From the human T2T-CHM13v2.0 reference genome, Homo sapiens: 64,000 bases of DNA. Shown here piece after piece: positions 30,544 to 47,053 of this stretch. Position 1 is the first letter of the stretch. Each line of letters opens with the position of its first letter. The stretch lies in the NCBI RefSeq assembly GCF_009914755.1, contig NC_060926.1; one strand, 5' to 3'. Below the pieces are notes generated by a model. The model was not told the origin of the DNA, searched no databases, and worked only from the letters and a program-made list of their open reading frames with translations. The position numbers and the translations under genes were made by a program.

Positions 30544-30677
30544 TATATACCCTCATATAAAATTGATAGCTCAAATTATTTTTATAAATTTAAATGGCTA
30601 CAAAGACTATTATATACCCTTGTATACAATTGATAGCTCAAATTATTTTTACAAATTTAAATGACTACAAAGGCTAT
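30544..30677. repeat. 67-bp tandem duplication (2 copies, 6 mismatches)
   Basis: 30544-30610 versus 30611-30677. Confidence 0.9.
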
Positions 30678-30705
30678 TATCTCCAGCCTGTTGTATATGA
30701 TATAT

Positions 30706-31056
30706 CATCACAGATCAAATCTTTATGTCTGCCTCAAATTCATATGTTGATGTCCTACCCCCAAATGTGATGGTTTTCAGATGTGCGGCCTTAGGTTTAG
30801 ATGCCATTATGAGAGTGGGGGCCCCATGATGGCATCAATGTCCTTATAAGAAGAGAAAGAGCCTGGAGCTCCCTCTTCACCTTGAGAGGACACAGAAAGA
30901 AGGTGGCCTTCTGCAAACCAGGAAGGCGCCCTCACCAGATCTCATGATAGCACCCTGTTCTTGGACTTCCAGCCTCCAGAACTGTGAGAAATAAACTGTT
31001 GTTGTTTATCAGCTAATTGGCGTATGGTACTTTGTTACAGCAGCCTGAGCTAAGAT
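30706..31056 (+). mobile_element. MLT1A/MLT1A0 MaLR solo LTR
   Basis: aaattcatatgttga, ccttataagaagag, ttggacttccagcctccagaactgtgagaaataaa, tttgttacagcagcctgagctaagata. Confidence 0.85.
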
Positions 31057-31476
31057 AGAAAAGTGCTGTAAATACATATTTGTCAAAAGCTTGTAGCGAC
31101 AGGTTTAGATTATTCAATTTATAGTAAATGGTAAAAAGCCAGTCCTCATTATCAAACCAGTCTGCCAAATCAGGCTTACTATGGGTCAGAAAAGCCTACC
31201 TCAATTATCCATTCTTCTTCTGAATTCTAGATAGAATCACAGAATGACAGAATTGTAGAAGAGGAGAATGATCAATCAATAGATGGACAGATAGGACAGA
31301 GACCACCTAGCAGAAGCAGGGGTCCTTCACTGAGATATTTTTGATTTAGTGAGAAAAAAGGCACAGCCACTTTCAATAATGCTTATCAGAACTCTCTTTG
31401 GTTCCCTTGCTAGACTCTTCCAGTGGGAGCTATGCATTTTCAAATTGCCCCTTCGTTGGTATACCAACTAATGTTA

Positions 31477-31866
<390 letters not shown>

Positions 31867-32980
31867 AAAGGAAAAACCAGGATGCTGTGAACCAATCATA
31901 AAAAAGAGTTCACATAGAATTTGAGGTTCTAGAAAACGATTTCCGTATAGTTATGTGTCCATGTACTTATAAGAATTTATTTGTGATCCCAAGGGAACAC
32001 GTACAATTTGAAGATCCTTGCTTAAAATGGTTTTAATATGCAAATTCCTGAGCTTCATTTCCATTAGTTTCTTATTCAAGCAGTCTGAATGAATCATTGG
32101 ACATTACTTTGGGAAAAAAAAAACAGGACTAGGACAAAAGAATGGATTAGTAAGGAAGTAAATAAATATTGCTCTAAGAGAAGCTAAAGAGTTTACCACA
32201 AAGGTTGAAAACTCTGTGAAGACATGCAAGTTTATGATTCCTTTCTAGGTAGAAGTTTATGACAATTTGAACAAAAATTAGAGGGCTTCAAGAAACGAAG
32301 CATTCTACCTTTCCAGTGATGGTGTTCATATTAGTGACAAGTTCAGAATATATTAAGGAAGGCACGCAAATGATTGATATAGAACAGTGTAGTCATTTTC
32401 TCCTTCACTGCTCATCTTTCCTTAATGTTTCTTTTTTCCTGATGCCTTAAGAAAATAGTGCCTGTGTGAAATAATTAATGAATAATGTTAAATTTGTTAC
32501 CGAGTAACTTTACAATCCTGGTGAAACTCTTTATTTTCTATTTCTTAGAAAAAAATGGAGATTTGTTTCTTCTATGAAAGATTGGTTCTGCTGTCTCAGG
32601 AGCAAAATTGAGGAGAAAATAATATTTTGTTCACAGAGTTTATTTAGCTGTGTTTAGCTATGCTTTTGTAATGTATTCTTTCAAAAGCTGTTTTCTTTTC
32701 TCTTTGTCATATACTATAGTTTGTTCTGTTTATTGCACTTAGTAGTATTGTATATTCCTTTATATTTTTTTGTACTTTTCCAAAGAGACAGTTCTAATAT
32801 TTTATGGCATTTGGGATGGTTTTGTTTTTCTTAAGTGTCTTTCATACACTGTATCTTCTGGTTAACAGAGACCCATGGGTAAGCAAAATACTCTGTTTAC
32901 AAAATTGTGCCCATATATGATTATTACTCTCTTGCTGTAATGCATTGTAAAAAATAAGTAATGAGACTGCAATAAGCTTC

Positions 32981-33438
32981 TGTCTTACATCAAGTTCCCC
33001 TAGAACAGCTTGAGATTTTGCAATGGGGATTTGTATGCAAGAGAGAGCTTTTAAGAGAAACCCAAATGGAATGAGAGAAGCAGATCAGGGAAGGGACAGA
33101 AGCCAAGTGACGATGAAGTTTTAGCTCAAGTCTGTTGTCAGCCTGGTCCTACAAGGACCTCTGCTACATGATCAGTACTATAGAGTTGTCCCATCTAGAG
33201 GCAAAGCGACCAAGCTTTGTATCCCCATATCAGTCGGCTACTGGCTGTTAAGGCCACTGGTATAGAGGGTGAGGCATAATTTCTCAGACATTTCCAAGCA
33301 AAATGGATTTTATCAAAAGGTAATTTTAAAAAATACATCTATGAGCAATTAGCAGCCAACACTTCCAGTAGCTGGTGGATGGGTGCTGTCCTGACCAGAG
33401 AAAGGGAACTGGGAGGAGCTCTGGTCGCCTCTACTAGA
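32981..33438 (-). mobile_element. LTR40-like ERVL solo LTR
   Basis: agagttgtcccatctagaggcaaag...ctttgtatccccatatcagtc; ttagcagccaacacttccagtagctgg. Confidence 0.6.
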
Positions 33439-33523
33439 ACTGCTGCACCAAGATACTCATCCAATTAAAATTTTAAGAGCTTTTGCTAAAATTCATTAAC
33501 ATCTAATTCAAAGAGATCTTTTA

Positions 33524-33549
33524 TGTGTGTGTGTGTGTGTGTGTGTGTG

Positions 33550-33584
<35 letters not shown>
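33524..33584. repeat. (TG)n(AG)n compound microsatellite
   Basis: Read directly from the sequence. Confidence 0.95.
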
Positions 33585-33587
<3 letters not shown>

Positions 33588-33624
33588 GGGTAGAGCTCAA
33601 AGCTATGTCTGCCAAGATTTTAGG

Positions 33625-33830
33625 CAGAATGGTTCAGTTAAATAAAAGGTCCTGGCAGTAATAAATCTGTGTGATTTATTTGCTGTGTAACCTTGAGTAG
33701 TTACTTAACTTTTCTGAATCCAGTTCATCATCTCTGCAACGTCTGTCATGGGTAGCTACCTGAGGATTATTGTGAAAAAAATGTGTGTCAAGTTGCTGAC
33801 AAAAGGGAGATACTCACTAAATGATGGTTC
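33625..33830 (+). mobile_element. MIR
   Basis: gctgtgtaaccttgagtagttacttaacttttctgaatccagttcatcatctctgcaa MIR core. Confidence 0.65.
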
Positions 33831-34674
33831 CTATTTTATATTCAGTACAGGTTATTGTCCTCCATTTCATGACCTCAGACACTTGCTTTGAAAACAAAAC
33901 AAAGAATAAAACCAAGTGAGAAAATGTGGCTATATTGGTGCAAATGTTCTCTCTACTGCAAAAACAAAACAAAACATTCAACACTAAGTATCATCTCTGT
34001 GTAAAAAAGTAGATCATTTAGTTTAATTTCTTTAATGATAAAATTCTCAGACACTACCAACGTTAAAGCAATGCACCATTCAGATGCACCTTTGCACCAG
34101 AAAAAATTGGTTGGCATTCTTTAGAGATGTTTAAAGAGAATTACTCTTTATATAATACTCAACTATTATAGTCAGAAAATGCTAAACATGACTTGGACAA
34201 GCAAGACATTATTTAAGACTGTAACTGACTCATTCTAAAGCAATGCATTATATGACCAGTAGGCTCAAATAGTTGGCGAGTTGTCATGGGGCTTTTGCTT
34301 TTTCTAGCAATACATGAAATGGCAATACATGAAAATTCACTTCAGTCTTGATTAAAGACAAAATATGCCCTGGATCTCCAAAATCTACTATAGGCAAACC
34401 TGTCTACCTAGATCATAATAGTCATGAAGTATATGCACTAATACACATATGTGTACTCATAGACTGTATCCTCTTCCTCATACTTGCTCAGAAACACTAT
34501 ACTTTTACTTTACAAACTATTCTAGTTTGTATGTTTGGTATCTGAAATTACAGGAAAACTGGAAGCAGGAAAATGAGATAGAAGAATGGTACACACAGTA
34601 AAACTTCACATTGTCAAATTGACATCTAACAGCCCAGAGCAATAATTCTTCAAATTTGTGTCTGTTTTACTAGC

Positions 34675-34870
34675 ATAAGACATATTTGTGCACATTATTG
34701 CATTAGATCTTTATAACACAATAGAGGTTTGCTAGTCAAATAAATATTCTCATTTTACATGTGAAGAATGACTCAGGATGTTTCTGACACTTTCAAAGTC
34801 ACAACATTAATAAAATGGCAAAAAGGGATGTCAGATGCATATAGTAGATCACAAAATTTGCATCCTTATC
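34675..34870 (-). mobile_element. MIR (antisense)
   Basis: tattctcattttacatgtgaagaatgactcagg...caaagtcacaacattaataaaatggca. Confidence 0.55.
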
Positions 34871-35004
34871 ATATTGTTAGATTTTAAGAAAGGAGGATTT
34901 TTCCTGATAACTCAGAAAGCCCTGTTTCTGAAACCATTTGGTAAAGGGAAAAATTCTGCACATTTACTACTACGACTGGAATATGTAACCATATCTTTTA
35001 GTTA

Positions 35005-35425
35005 ATACACATTTATTACACAGCATCCATATGTGGTAGCCATTGTGTTAAACTCTGGGGATTTGGGGATGAATACGTAAAACATAGCGTGGCCCTCATA
35101 AAACTTATAGTGTAATGCAATAGGCAGATAACAGTAGATACAAAAATAATTATAATACATTTTGAATTACATGAATGAAAGAAAATAACCAGCAGAAGCT
35201 ACAGGGATGGCCTCTTGAGAAAGTGCTATTTAATATGAAACCTAAAATAAAAGGAATAGTCTGCCAGGAAAACAAATAACACTTCCAGGCACAAGGAATG
35301 ATGTGTATAAAAGCCCTAAGGGTGGAAAATTCTTTGCAAGTTCTAGGAAGAGTTAAAAATGTAGGAAAAGGCAGAGTGACCAGGGGAAGATACTGAGTTC
35401 AAACACACACAGATAGATGAGAGAT

Positions 35426-35477
<52 letters not shown>

Positions 35478-36110
35478 TTTGAGAGATATATAGACTTGAC
35501 ATATTTCAAGCACAGAATGTTATTATTCAATTCACATTTTACAAAGATTACTCTAACAACTCTAGGAAAAGAATTACAGGGGGTTAGCATTAGATATGAG
35601 GAGACCACTGATGGGGCTGTAATAGAAGTGCAAGATTGAACTAGAAACAGTGGTGGAGGTGGAGATAAGTGATATATTAGAACAAACTTTGCGCATAAAA
35701 CTGAAAGGGCATGGTGATGGATTAGAGATGGGAGTGCAGAGGTGAGTAAGGCAAGTGACTTGACCCCCTTGGCTTTCTGGCTTGATCCAGTGACTAAATA
35801 GTGTCTGAGGTCATTACTGAGATGAAGAAGACTGGGCAAAAGTAGAAAACAGAATCAGGAGGGAAATCAGCAGTTCATGTTGACACTTGGCAAGTCTGAG
35901 ATTCCTATGAGAATCAGATGAAATTCAAGTAAAAAAAACTAGCTATGGAAGTCTAGATTCTGACGGGGAATTTCAAGCTGGAGTTATGAATTTGAAGTCA
36001 CCAACATTATGATTTTATTTAAAGTCAAATAAACAACTGCTATCTTCCAGGATCACAGAGAGAGTGATATTAGTAAAAATGCCCAGGACTGAGCCAGAGG
36101 AACACCAGTA
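35005..36110 (-). mobile_element. L2 3' region (~1.1 kb) containing a (GATA)n STR
   Basis: ggccctcataaaacttatagt, ttccaggcacaagg...aaagccctaagg, gtcattactgagatgaagaagactgg, gcccaggactgagcc. Confidence 0.75.
35426..35477. repeat. (GATA)13 tetranucleotide STR
   Basis: 52 bp of uninterrupted GATA. Confidence 0.95.
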
Positions 36111-37566
36111 CCTAGTGGTCTTTCTACTATATCACAGTACTTCCTTAGAAAAATGTTCAAAATAAGTGTAAAAAGTTACCAGAACCAGAATCGCCCATAT
36201 TTAATAATAATGAAAATTTCAGGCCCTTAAAGAAATATTTTCACTATGTTTTCTTAATCCCGTGTTGAATGTCATAACCATCAGTATTGTATGCCTCGGG
36301 AAGGTGGAGATATAGGACAGAAGGAAGAAACCATGCCAGAGAGACAGAAATCAACATGCCATTTCAATCTTTCCCCTTTGTTCTTTGAACTTCTCTACCG
36401 TTTTCTCCCTGTGGAGCCTTGGCATCTTAAGATCTTGATTATCAGAACTTAAGCATGAAAGAATTTCTTGTCTTGATGCCTTATCTCTTCTGCATCCAGA
36501 GGAACTTCATGATGTTTAGATACCACTTAACAAATATGAAAACAGAAAAACTACCCTAAGATAGTAGACACAGAGGCCATCCGTATTGACTGTTTAATAG
36601 TTCAGGGATTGCACAATAAAGGCAACTATCATTGCTAAATTCAGAATGGAAGAATGGTAAATATCACTTAGTCCCAGAATATTCTCCTAATTCCAACTGA
36701 AATATACACTACAAACCAAGAAAAATGCAGAAGGTGCTCAGAAACTGCAAAGAAAATAATTGGAAAAGAAAGAGTGAAACACAAAGAGTGAAACCAGTCT
36801 ATATGCCTGTTACATTATTTGTGGTTGAATTTTAAAACATGCATCATATACAAACTAGGAAAATTTCTTAATTTAATTGGATTTAACATTTAAGTATCAA
36901 AAGCAGAATACTAATTTAGCTGAGCTAAGAATAATGTAGGGAAAACCTGAAGGATAGTATAATGCACTGAATCATATAGCACAATATAATCCATCAAAAC
37001 CACAGAGCCTACAATTTTCTCGCTTTATATTCGGTTGAAAAATGACTTCAGAGTATGTGCTTATAAGAATAACTGATGAGAAATCTAAGTGGAGGGAAGA
37101 CCACTTGATGCCAGCTTCTTATGATAATGTATAAATCTAACAGCCATAATTAATAATAGTTAAAGGCTTAAATGGCCCTGGGATATTCAGTTAACAGAAG
37201 ACAGGTACACCTGCCAATATGAAGCTTTGAAACTTGCTTAGAGAAAGTTAGGGCAATTAACCTGACTATATTCCACTCAGTTTTGAGTAAAAATGAATGT
37301 TATGAAAATAATGTAGGTCAGATATTGACTTGCAATATTATTTAGAGTTCTGATACAATATATCTTAAACACTGTTCAGTCATTTTGAAATCTGTGAATA
37401 AATCTCAACATGTAATTTATACAGACAAAATAAATAAGAAAAATGCTTACTGAGTTTATATTCCCATTTTGGCGTTAATATCATTTTTAAAGGCTGTTAG
37501 CTTTATTTGGAAGTCAGAGAATTTCTGAATTAATAAAGTTCACATTAAAATAAAACATCATTGTTT

Positions 37567-37670
37567 TGGACATAGTCTACAATATGAATGGACTATGTAT
37601 AATGGACTATGTATAATGGACTATGAATGGACCATACATACTGTATGGACTACAGTATGAATGGACTATA
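37567..37670. repeat. Cluster of ATGGACTA direct and inverted repeats
   Basis: Motif at 37588, 37602, 37616, 37627 (variant), 37645 and 37661. Confidence 0.85.
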
Positions 37671-38231
37671 AATAAATCTCCATAGTGAAAATTCTCAAAT
37701 CTCCTACACATTTACTGAAAAATTAAAATATCATTGTCATTGCAAATAAAATATTATTGGCATTATTAATAAAACTGTTTTGGGTACTCTATACAACTTC
37801 TTTTAGAGGTATTTTCTCAGATTTTTGTTTCATCAGAGTTCTACTTCTGTTATTTACATTTTGGTACTTTTCATTGTAATGTATGTGATAGCTATGTGTG
37901 GTAACATCAGTTTACATTATAATCACCTGTGTTTTTTATATGTGTTTTTCCACTGAATTAACCTATTAATAAAGTGAATATTAAACACCCAGATTTCTAA
38001 AATATATATATATTATGAAATAAATATTATCATATCGATTCTCACTCTTTTTATCAGTAAAAGGTAATATTTAGGCCCAATTTGCTATTGACTTTTTACC
38101 TGGCCATTGGGTGAAAATGGCCCAAGGTTTTTGTAATCAATGACTCCACAAATAAATCGTGTATAATCTTATAGATAACTTGTTTTCACTTTATTTCAAA
38201 CATGGTAGCAGAATTGACCTCTTTTATTGTG

Positions 38232-40696
38232 TAATTTTTATTTTTATTTCAATAGTTTTTGGGGTATAGCTGGTATTTGGTTACATGGATAAGTTCTTCC
38301 TAGTGATGATTTCTGAGATTTTGGTGCACCGTCACCTGAGCAGTGTACCCTGGACCCTATATGTAGTCTTTTATCCCTCACCTCTCTCCTACCCTTCCCC
38401 CACCCACTGAGTCCTCAAAGTACATTATATCATTCTTAGGCCTTTGCATACTCATAGTTTAGCTTTCACTTACAAGTGAGATTATACAAAATTTGGTTTT
38501 TCCATTCCTGAGTTAGTTACTTCACTTAGAATAATGGCCTCCAGCTCCATCCAAGTTTCTGCAAAAAGATATTATTTCATTCTTTTTTTGGTTGAGTAGT
38601 ATTCTTGGTGTAAATATACCACATTTGTTCATTAATTTGTTGGTTGGTAGACACTTAGGTTGGTTCCATATCTGAAATTGTGAACTGTGCTGCTATAAAC
38701 ATGTGTGTCCACGTATCTTTTTCATATAATGACTTCTTTTCCTTTGGGTAGATACCGAGTAGTGCAATTGCTGGATCGAATGGTAGTTATACTTTTAGTT
38801 CTTTAAGGAGGCTCTATACTGTTTTCCATAATGGTTAACTAGTTTACATTCCCACCAGCAACACTGCTGGTGGCAGTGTTCCATTTTTACCATATTCATG
38901 CCAACATCTATTTTTTTTATTCTTAATTATGGCCATTCTTGCAGGAGTAATGTGGTGCCTTATTATGGTTTTAATTTGCATTTCCCTGATAATTAGGGAT
39001 ATTGAGCATTTTTTCATATGTTTGTTGGCCATTTGTATATCTTCTTTTGAGAACTCTCTATTCATGTCTTTGTCCACTTTTTGATGGGATTACTTGTTTT
39101 TGTCTTGCTGATTTGTTGAGTTCCTTGTAGATTCTGGATAGTGGCCCTTTGTCAGATGTGTAGTTTGTGAATATTTTCTTCCACTCTCTCAGCTGCCTGT
39201 TTATTCTGATGATTGTTTCTTTTGCTGTGCGGAGGCTTTTTCATTTAATTAGGTTCCATTTATTTATTTTTGTTTTTGTTGCATTTGCTTTTGTGGTCTG
39301 AAGTCATGAATTATTTGCCTAAGCCAATGTCTAGAAGAGTTTTTCCGATGTTAACTTCTAGAAGTTTTATGGTTTCAGGTTTTAGATTTAAGTCTTTGAT
39401 CCTTCTTGAGTTGATTTTTGTATAAGGTGAGAGATGAGGATCCAGTTTCATTCTTCCACATGTGTTTGTCAGTTTTCCCAGCACCATTTATTGAACAGGG
39501 TGTCCTTTCCCCAATTTGTGTTTTTGTTTGCTTTGTCGAAGATCAGTTGGCTATAAGTATTTGGCTTATTTCTGGGTTCTCTATTCTGTTCCCTGGGTCT
39601 ACATGCCTATTTTTATACCAGTATCATGCTATTTGATAATTATTGCCTTGTAGTATAATTTGAAGTCGGGTAATGTGATGCCTCTAGATTTGTTCTTTTT
39701 GCTTAGTATTGTTTTGGCTATGTGGGCTACTTTTGGCTCCATATGAATTTTAGGATTGTTTATTCTAGTTCTGTGAAGAATGATGATGGTGTTTTAATGA
39801 GAATTACATTGAATCTGTAGATTGCTTTAGGCAGTATGGTCATTTTCACAATATTGTATCTTCCCATCCATGAACATGGAATGTGTTTCTATTTGTTTGT
39901 ATCATCTATGATTTCTTTGAGTAGCGTTTTGTAATTTTCCTTGTACAGATCTTTCACCTCCTTGGTTAAGTATATTCCAAAGTATTTGAATTGTTTTGCA
40001 GCTGTTGTAAAAGGGATTAAGTTCTTGATTTGGGTCGCAGCTTGGTCATTTTTGGTGTACAGCAGTGCTACTGATTTGTGTACACTGATTTTGTATCCTG
40101 AGACTTTACAGAATTCGCTGATCAGATCTAGGAACTTTTTGGATGAGTTTTTAGGGTTTGCTAGGTAAACGATCATATCATTAGCAAACAGCAACAGTTT
40201 GTCTTCCTCTCTTCCAATTTGGATGCCCTTTATTTCTCTCTTCTCTTGTCTGATTGCCTAGCCAGGACCTCCAGTACTATGTTAAATAGAAGTGGTGTCT
40301 TGTTCCAGTTCTTGGGGGAAATGTTTTTAACTTTTCCCCATTCAGTGTGATGTTGGCTATGGGTTTGTCATAGATGGCTTTTATTACTCGAAGGTAAGTC
40401 TGTTCTATGCCAATGTCGTTGAGGGTTTTGATCATAAAGGGATGCTAGATTCAATCAACTACTTTTTTACATCTATTGAAATGATCATATGATTTTTGTT
40501 TTTAATTCTGTTCATGTGATGTATCACATTTATTGATTTGCATATGTTAAACCACCCCTGCATCCCTGATATGAGACCCACTTGATCATAATGGATTATC
40601 TTTTTGATATGCTGTTGGATTTGGTTAGCTAGTATTTTGTTGAGGACTTTTGCATCTATGTTCATCAGGGATATTGGTCTGTAGTTTCCTTTTTTC
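38232..40696 (-). mobile_element. 5'-truncated L1PB (L1PB1-like), 3'UTR plus disrupted ORF2 RT/C-terminus
   Basis: ggttacatggataagttctt...gatttctgagattttggtgcacc L1PB 3'UTR; peptides [32 protein letters not shown]. Confidence 0.9.
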
Positions 40697-40713
40697 ATAA
40701 CGTTACAAAGAGG

Positions 40714-40829
40714 GGGAGGTGAGAGGATTGCTTGAGCCCAGGAGGCAGAGGTTGCAGTGTGCTGAGATTGCACCACTTCACTCCTGCCTGGGAGATAGAG
40801 CAAGATCCCCATCTCAAACAAACAAACAA
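40714..40829 (+). mobile_element. Alu right-arm fragment (AluJ-like) with (CAAA)n tail
   Basis: gaggattgcttgagcccaggagg...gagcaagatccccatctcaaacaaac. Confidence 0.85.
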
Positions 40830-41910
40830 GATCTCATAAAATATAAGTTTATAAAAATTGTAATCTGATAAAAATTCAAAGTTTATAAATTCGAGGTTTT
40901 TGAGAAAACAATTAATTTTAATGTTTGTGAAACAAATATAGAACATGGATACACAGACAATATTACTTAACACCAAAGGCCTGTCTCCTTTTTCCCCAGC
41001 CCATTAGCTTTTGATTCAAGAAAATAAATCAAGTTTAACATATTTGATAAATAATAATTACCACACATGGGAAGACATTGTCTGAGACACAGAGTAATTG
41101 TAAAGAGAGTTGCTTCTTCCGGCCAATTAACAGGTGATCCACTGGATCAGCTCAGCTTTTGTGTTTGCCCAGATACTAGGAAAAACTTCTGGAAAAGTGG
41201 TGTCAATATCAAAGGGACACAGACTGGTATTGTTTTGTGGATCAATTAGCAAAAATAACTGTAAATGTCTCTTTTTCTAAAGACGGAGCCAAATTTGTCT
41301 ACAGGGCCACAATTAAGTAGCATAAATTCTTACTTCAGAGTTGGTGCTTCACCATCAAGGTATCAATAAAATCCAAAATAGAGATTCCTGACTAAACACT
41401 TTCGATTAGTTTCTTAAAATCTAGCTGCTAAGTGAAAATATTTAAATAATAAACATTTTAATTTACTTGTAATAGGGGAAATTAAGATATATCCCATTTC
41501 AGCTAGCTAGTTTTCCTGCCCTTGAATACATGAGAGATACCTGCAAACTCTAAGCTTTCATATGAATGAATTCAGGCCTCATTAATGCACAGTACATGAC
41601 AAGATAGACCTACATGTGGTTTGCATTTGTATTTATGAAGATAGCCATTGGAAAGAATAAGTAGCCATATAAGGAGGATGTTAAAAGTTCCTACAAAGAA
41701 CAAACATTTCATATATTTAAATGCATCAATTTTCATACATTTAACTGGTGTGCTACTGAGGTCATATGCTAGTTAGGTCACTTCAGCATGTCCTCTACAA
41801 TGCCTGATATGGGATAGACTACATTTTATTGGCATAACACCAACCAAAATTCTGGAATAGATTATATGATATTCTCTGGAAATAATCTTTTGGATCAAAT
41901 TAATTAATGA

Positions 41911-42287
<377 letters not shown>

Positions 42288-43436
42288 AAAAATCACATTT
42301 CTTATAACACGTTTATTTACTTTGGATGTGGGAGACGTTACACCAACAAAGTCAGTCATTTAGAAAGAAAGAGTTTAACTTGAAAATTTTTTTACAACCT
42401 AAATACATTAAATTGATGGCTGCCTTATGATATGTCTGTATTTAAATTGATGACAAAAGTATTTACAGAAAGAAAAGAGGGATAAGGAAAGATATTTGAG
42501 CAACATGGGAGGGTTGCTGATGGACTTTGAAGGACATAAATGACTAATATTTAATCTCAGTCTGTCTGTGTTCCTAGAATATGAAAACCTTCAGTAAGGT
42601 AAGGTATATTAATACTAGGAAAGGCCTTGGATGAGTATTTAATGAAAATTATAGAGAAGGGATAAATTCTGACTATGGTCACCATCGGGGCAGAGGTAAA
42701 TTATCCTCAAGAAAGAAAGATTGAAGCCCCAAAATCCATAGAGGTAGGGAGTAGGAGTCAGAAGTGATCACGAAGCCACATGCACTGGCAGGAGTTTGAA
42801 GCAGTTTTAAGAAGGACGTTGCACTTCCCATAAAATATGAAAGTTGGGTTTGAGCTAATCTGATCTACATCTTTAAGGGCCAAGAGACAGAGAATTGAAT
42901 CTAAGATACACAAATAAATGGCCAAAGCATCAGTCTCCAAACAAACGTATTCAAATAGAAAAACAAAGGAAATAAATACTCTATTTTGAATTTTCTATTA
43001 GTGCCACCAGAGAAAGCATCACAGATGTTTTCCGGCTATCTCCTAAGCTGTTAAAGAATATGATTCTGTGAAACAGACCTGAGAGAATTGCCTTCTCTTT
43101 TGGTACAAAAAAAATCTAAAGTTTCATTTTCTGAAATCTCTCACGAGGTGAAGTCAGTGTAGAATACCAACACAGGTTTTAAATTCTGGAAACCTAAATT
43201 ATTCTCTTTTATGTTGTCAGCAAAGGTGCTTTATTCACACTAAATGAAAAATACAGTCTTCATTTTTCTATATCTGTGAGAGATTTATAATTGAAAATAA
43301 AGATAATTATATCATGATAAATATAATTGGATGATGTCCAATTTAAACATAAACTTCCATATTACTTTCAATAATGTGTTTTATTTTATTTTCTGGTTCT
43401 GGTATATTTCTAAGTTCTTTAAAGCATTTAAGTTGA

Positions 43437-45499
<2,063 letters not shown>

Positions 45500-45865
45500 C
45501 ATTTAAGTTGATAATGTATTTTACTTTTGATGCCTTGTTGTTTTTATTACTGTAGGAGTTAAAAATCATAAGATCCTGAAAAACATAATAATTTCATATG
45601 TTCAATTTTATATTTGTGACTTCATATATTGAATAATTTTTACTCAAAGAAATATAACTTTAAACTACACAGTCAGTATTATACAAAAGCATTGGTCACA
45701 CATCAGCTTGAGTATATAAAAAATTTTGAAGCACATCTCACCTAAAGATATTTATGCTTTAGTTGAGGATATAAAACCCATAAATAAAAATAAACAAAAA
45801 TAATACATCAAAATATGCTAAATTAGGCTATATATGTCATCAATTTGAGGGTATATTGAAAGATT

Positions 45866-47053
45866 TCTTATTGATCCATAATATACCTATTTATGGAATA
45901 CATGTGATATTTTGATACATGCATATAATGTGTAGTAATCAAATCAGAGTAATTGCAGTATCCATTACCTCAAATGCTTATTTTTGTGTGTGTTGGGAAC
46001 ATTCTACATCTCCTCTTTTAGCTATTTTGAAATGTACAACAAATTATTGATAACTGGCCGGGCGCAGTGGCTGACACCTGTAGTCCCACACTTTGAGAGG
46101 CCGAGGTGGGCAGATTACGAGGTCAGGAGATCCAGAACACCCTGACCAACATGGTGAAACCCCGTCTCTACTAAAAATACAAAAAAAAATAGCTAGGTGT
46201 GGTGGCATACGCCTGTAGTCCCACATAATCAGGAGGCTGAGGCAGGAGAATCGCTTGAACCCAGGAGGCGGAGTTTGCAGTGAGCCGAGATTGCACCACT
46301 ACAGAGTGACACTCTGTCTCAAAAAATATATATATATTGATATCTATTGAACTTACAACTAATTTCTCCCCTCTAGCTGTATTTTTGTACCCATTAACCA
46401 ACTTCTCCTTATCTCTTTCTCCCACTCTTTCTCCCAGCTTTCTGGTAACCATCATTCTCCCCTCTACCTTCATGAGATTAACGTTTTTAGCTGCCACATA
46501 TGAGTGAGAACATGTAATATTTGTCTTTCTGTGTGTAGTTTATTTCACTTAAGATAATGTCCTCCAGGCTCATCCATGTTGCTGCAAATGACAGGATGTC
46601 CTTCTTTTTTATGGGTGAATAATATTCCATTGTGTATACATGCCACATTATCTGTTCATCTGTTGATGGACACTTAAGCTGATTCCATATCTTAGCTATA
46701 GTGAATAATGCTGCAGTAAACATGGGAGTACAGTCGTCTCTTCAATATACATATTTCCCTTATTTTGGACATATACCCAGCAGTGAGATTGCAGGATCAC
46801 ATGGTAGTTCTATTTTTAGTTTTTTGTGGAACCTCCATACTGTCTTCCATAATGGCTGTACTAAGTTACATTCCTACCAAAGGTGTATGAGAGTTCCTAT
46901 TTCTCTGCATTCTCATCAGCATTTGTTATTTTTTGCTTTTTTATAATATCCATCCTATTATAATATCACCCAACTGGGATGAGATAATATCTCATTGTAG
47001 TTTTGATTTGCATTTTTTGATGGTTAGTGATGTTGAACATTTTTTCATATACA
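45866..47053 (-). mobile_element. 5'-truncated L1MA (L1MA3/4-like) 3' end
   Basis: acatgtgatattttgatacatgcat...aatcaaatcagagtaatt; ORF2 tail [20 protein letters not shown]; candidate TSD atattga(a/g)agatt at 45853-45865 and 47054-47066. Confidence 0.85.
46056..46326 (+). mobile_element. Alu (AluSc/Sg-like) with a small right-arm deletion, inside the L1MA
   Basis: ggccgggcgcagtggc...ttacgaggtcaggagatc; lacks gcactccagcctggg. Confidence 0.9.

Noticed and set aside
34307-34334. Short tandem duplications (also ~21531-21552, ~36769-36794, ~47688-47728)
   Set aside because: Ordinary 10-15-bp slippage duplications
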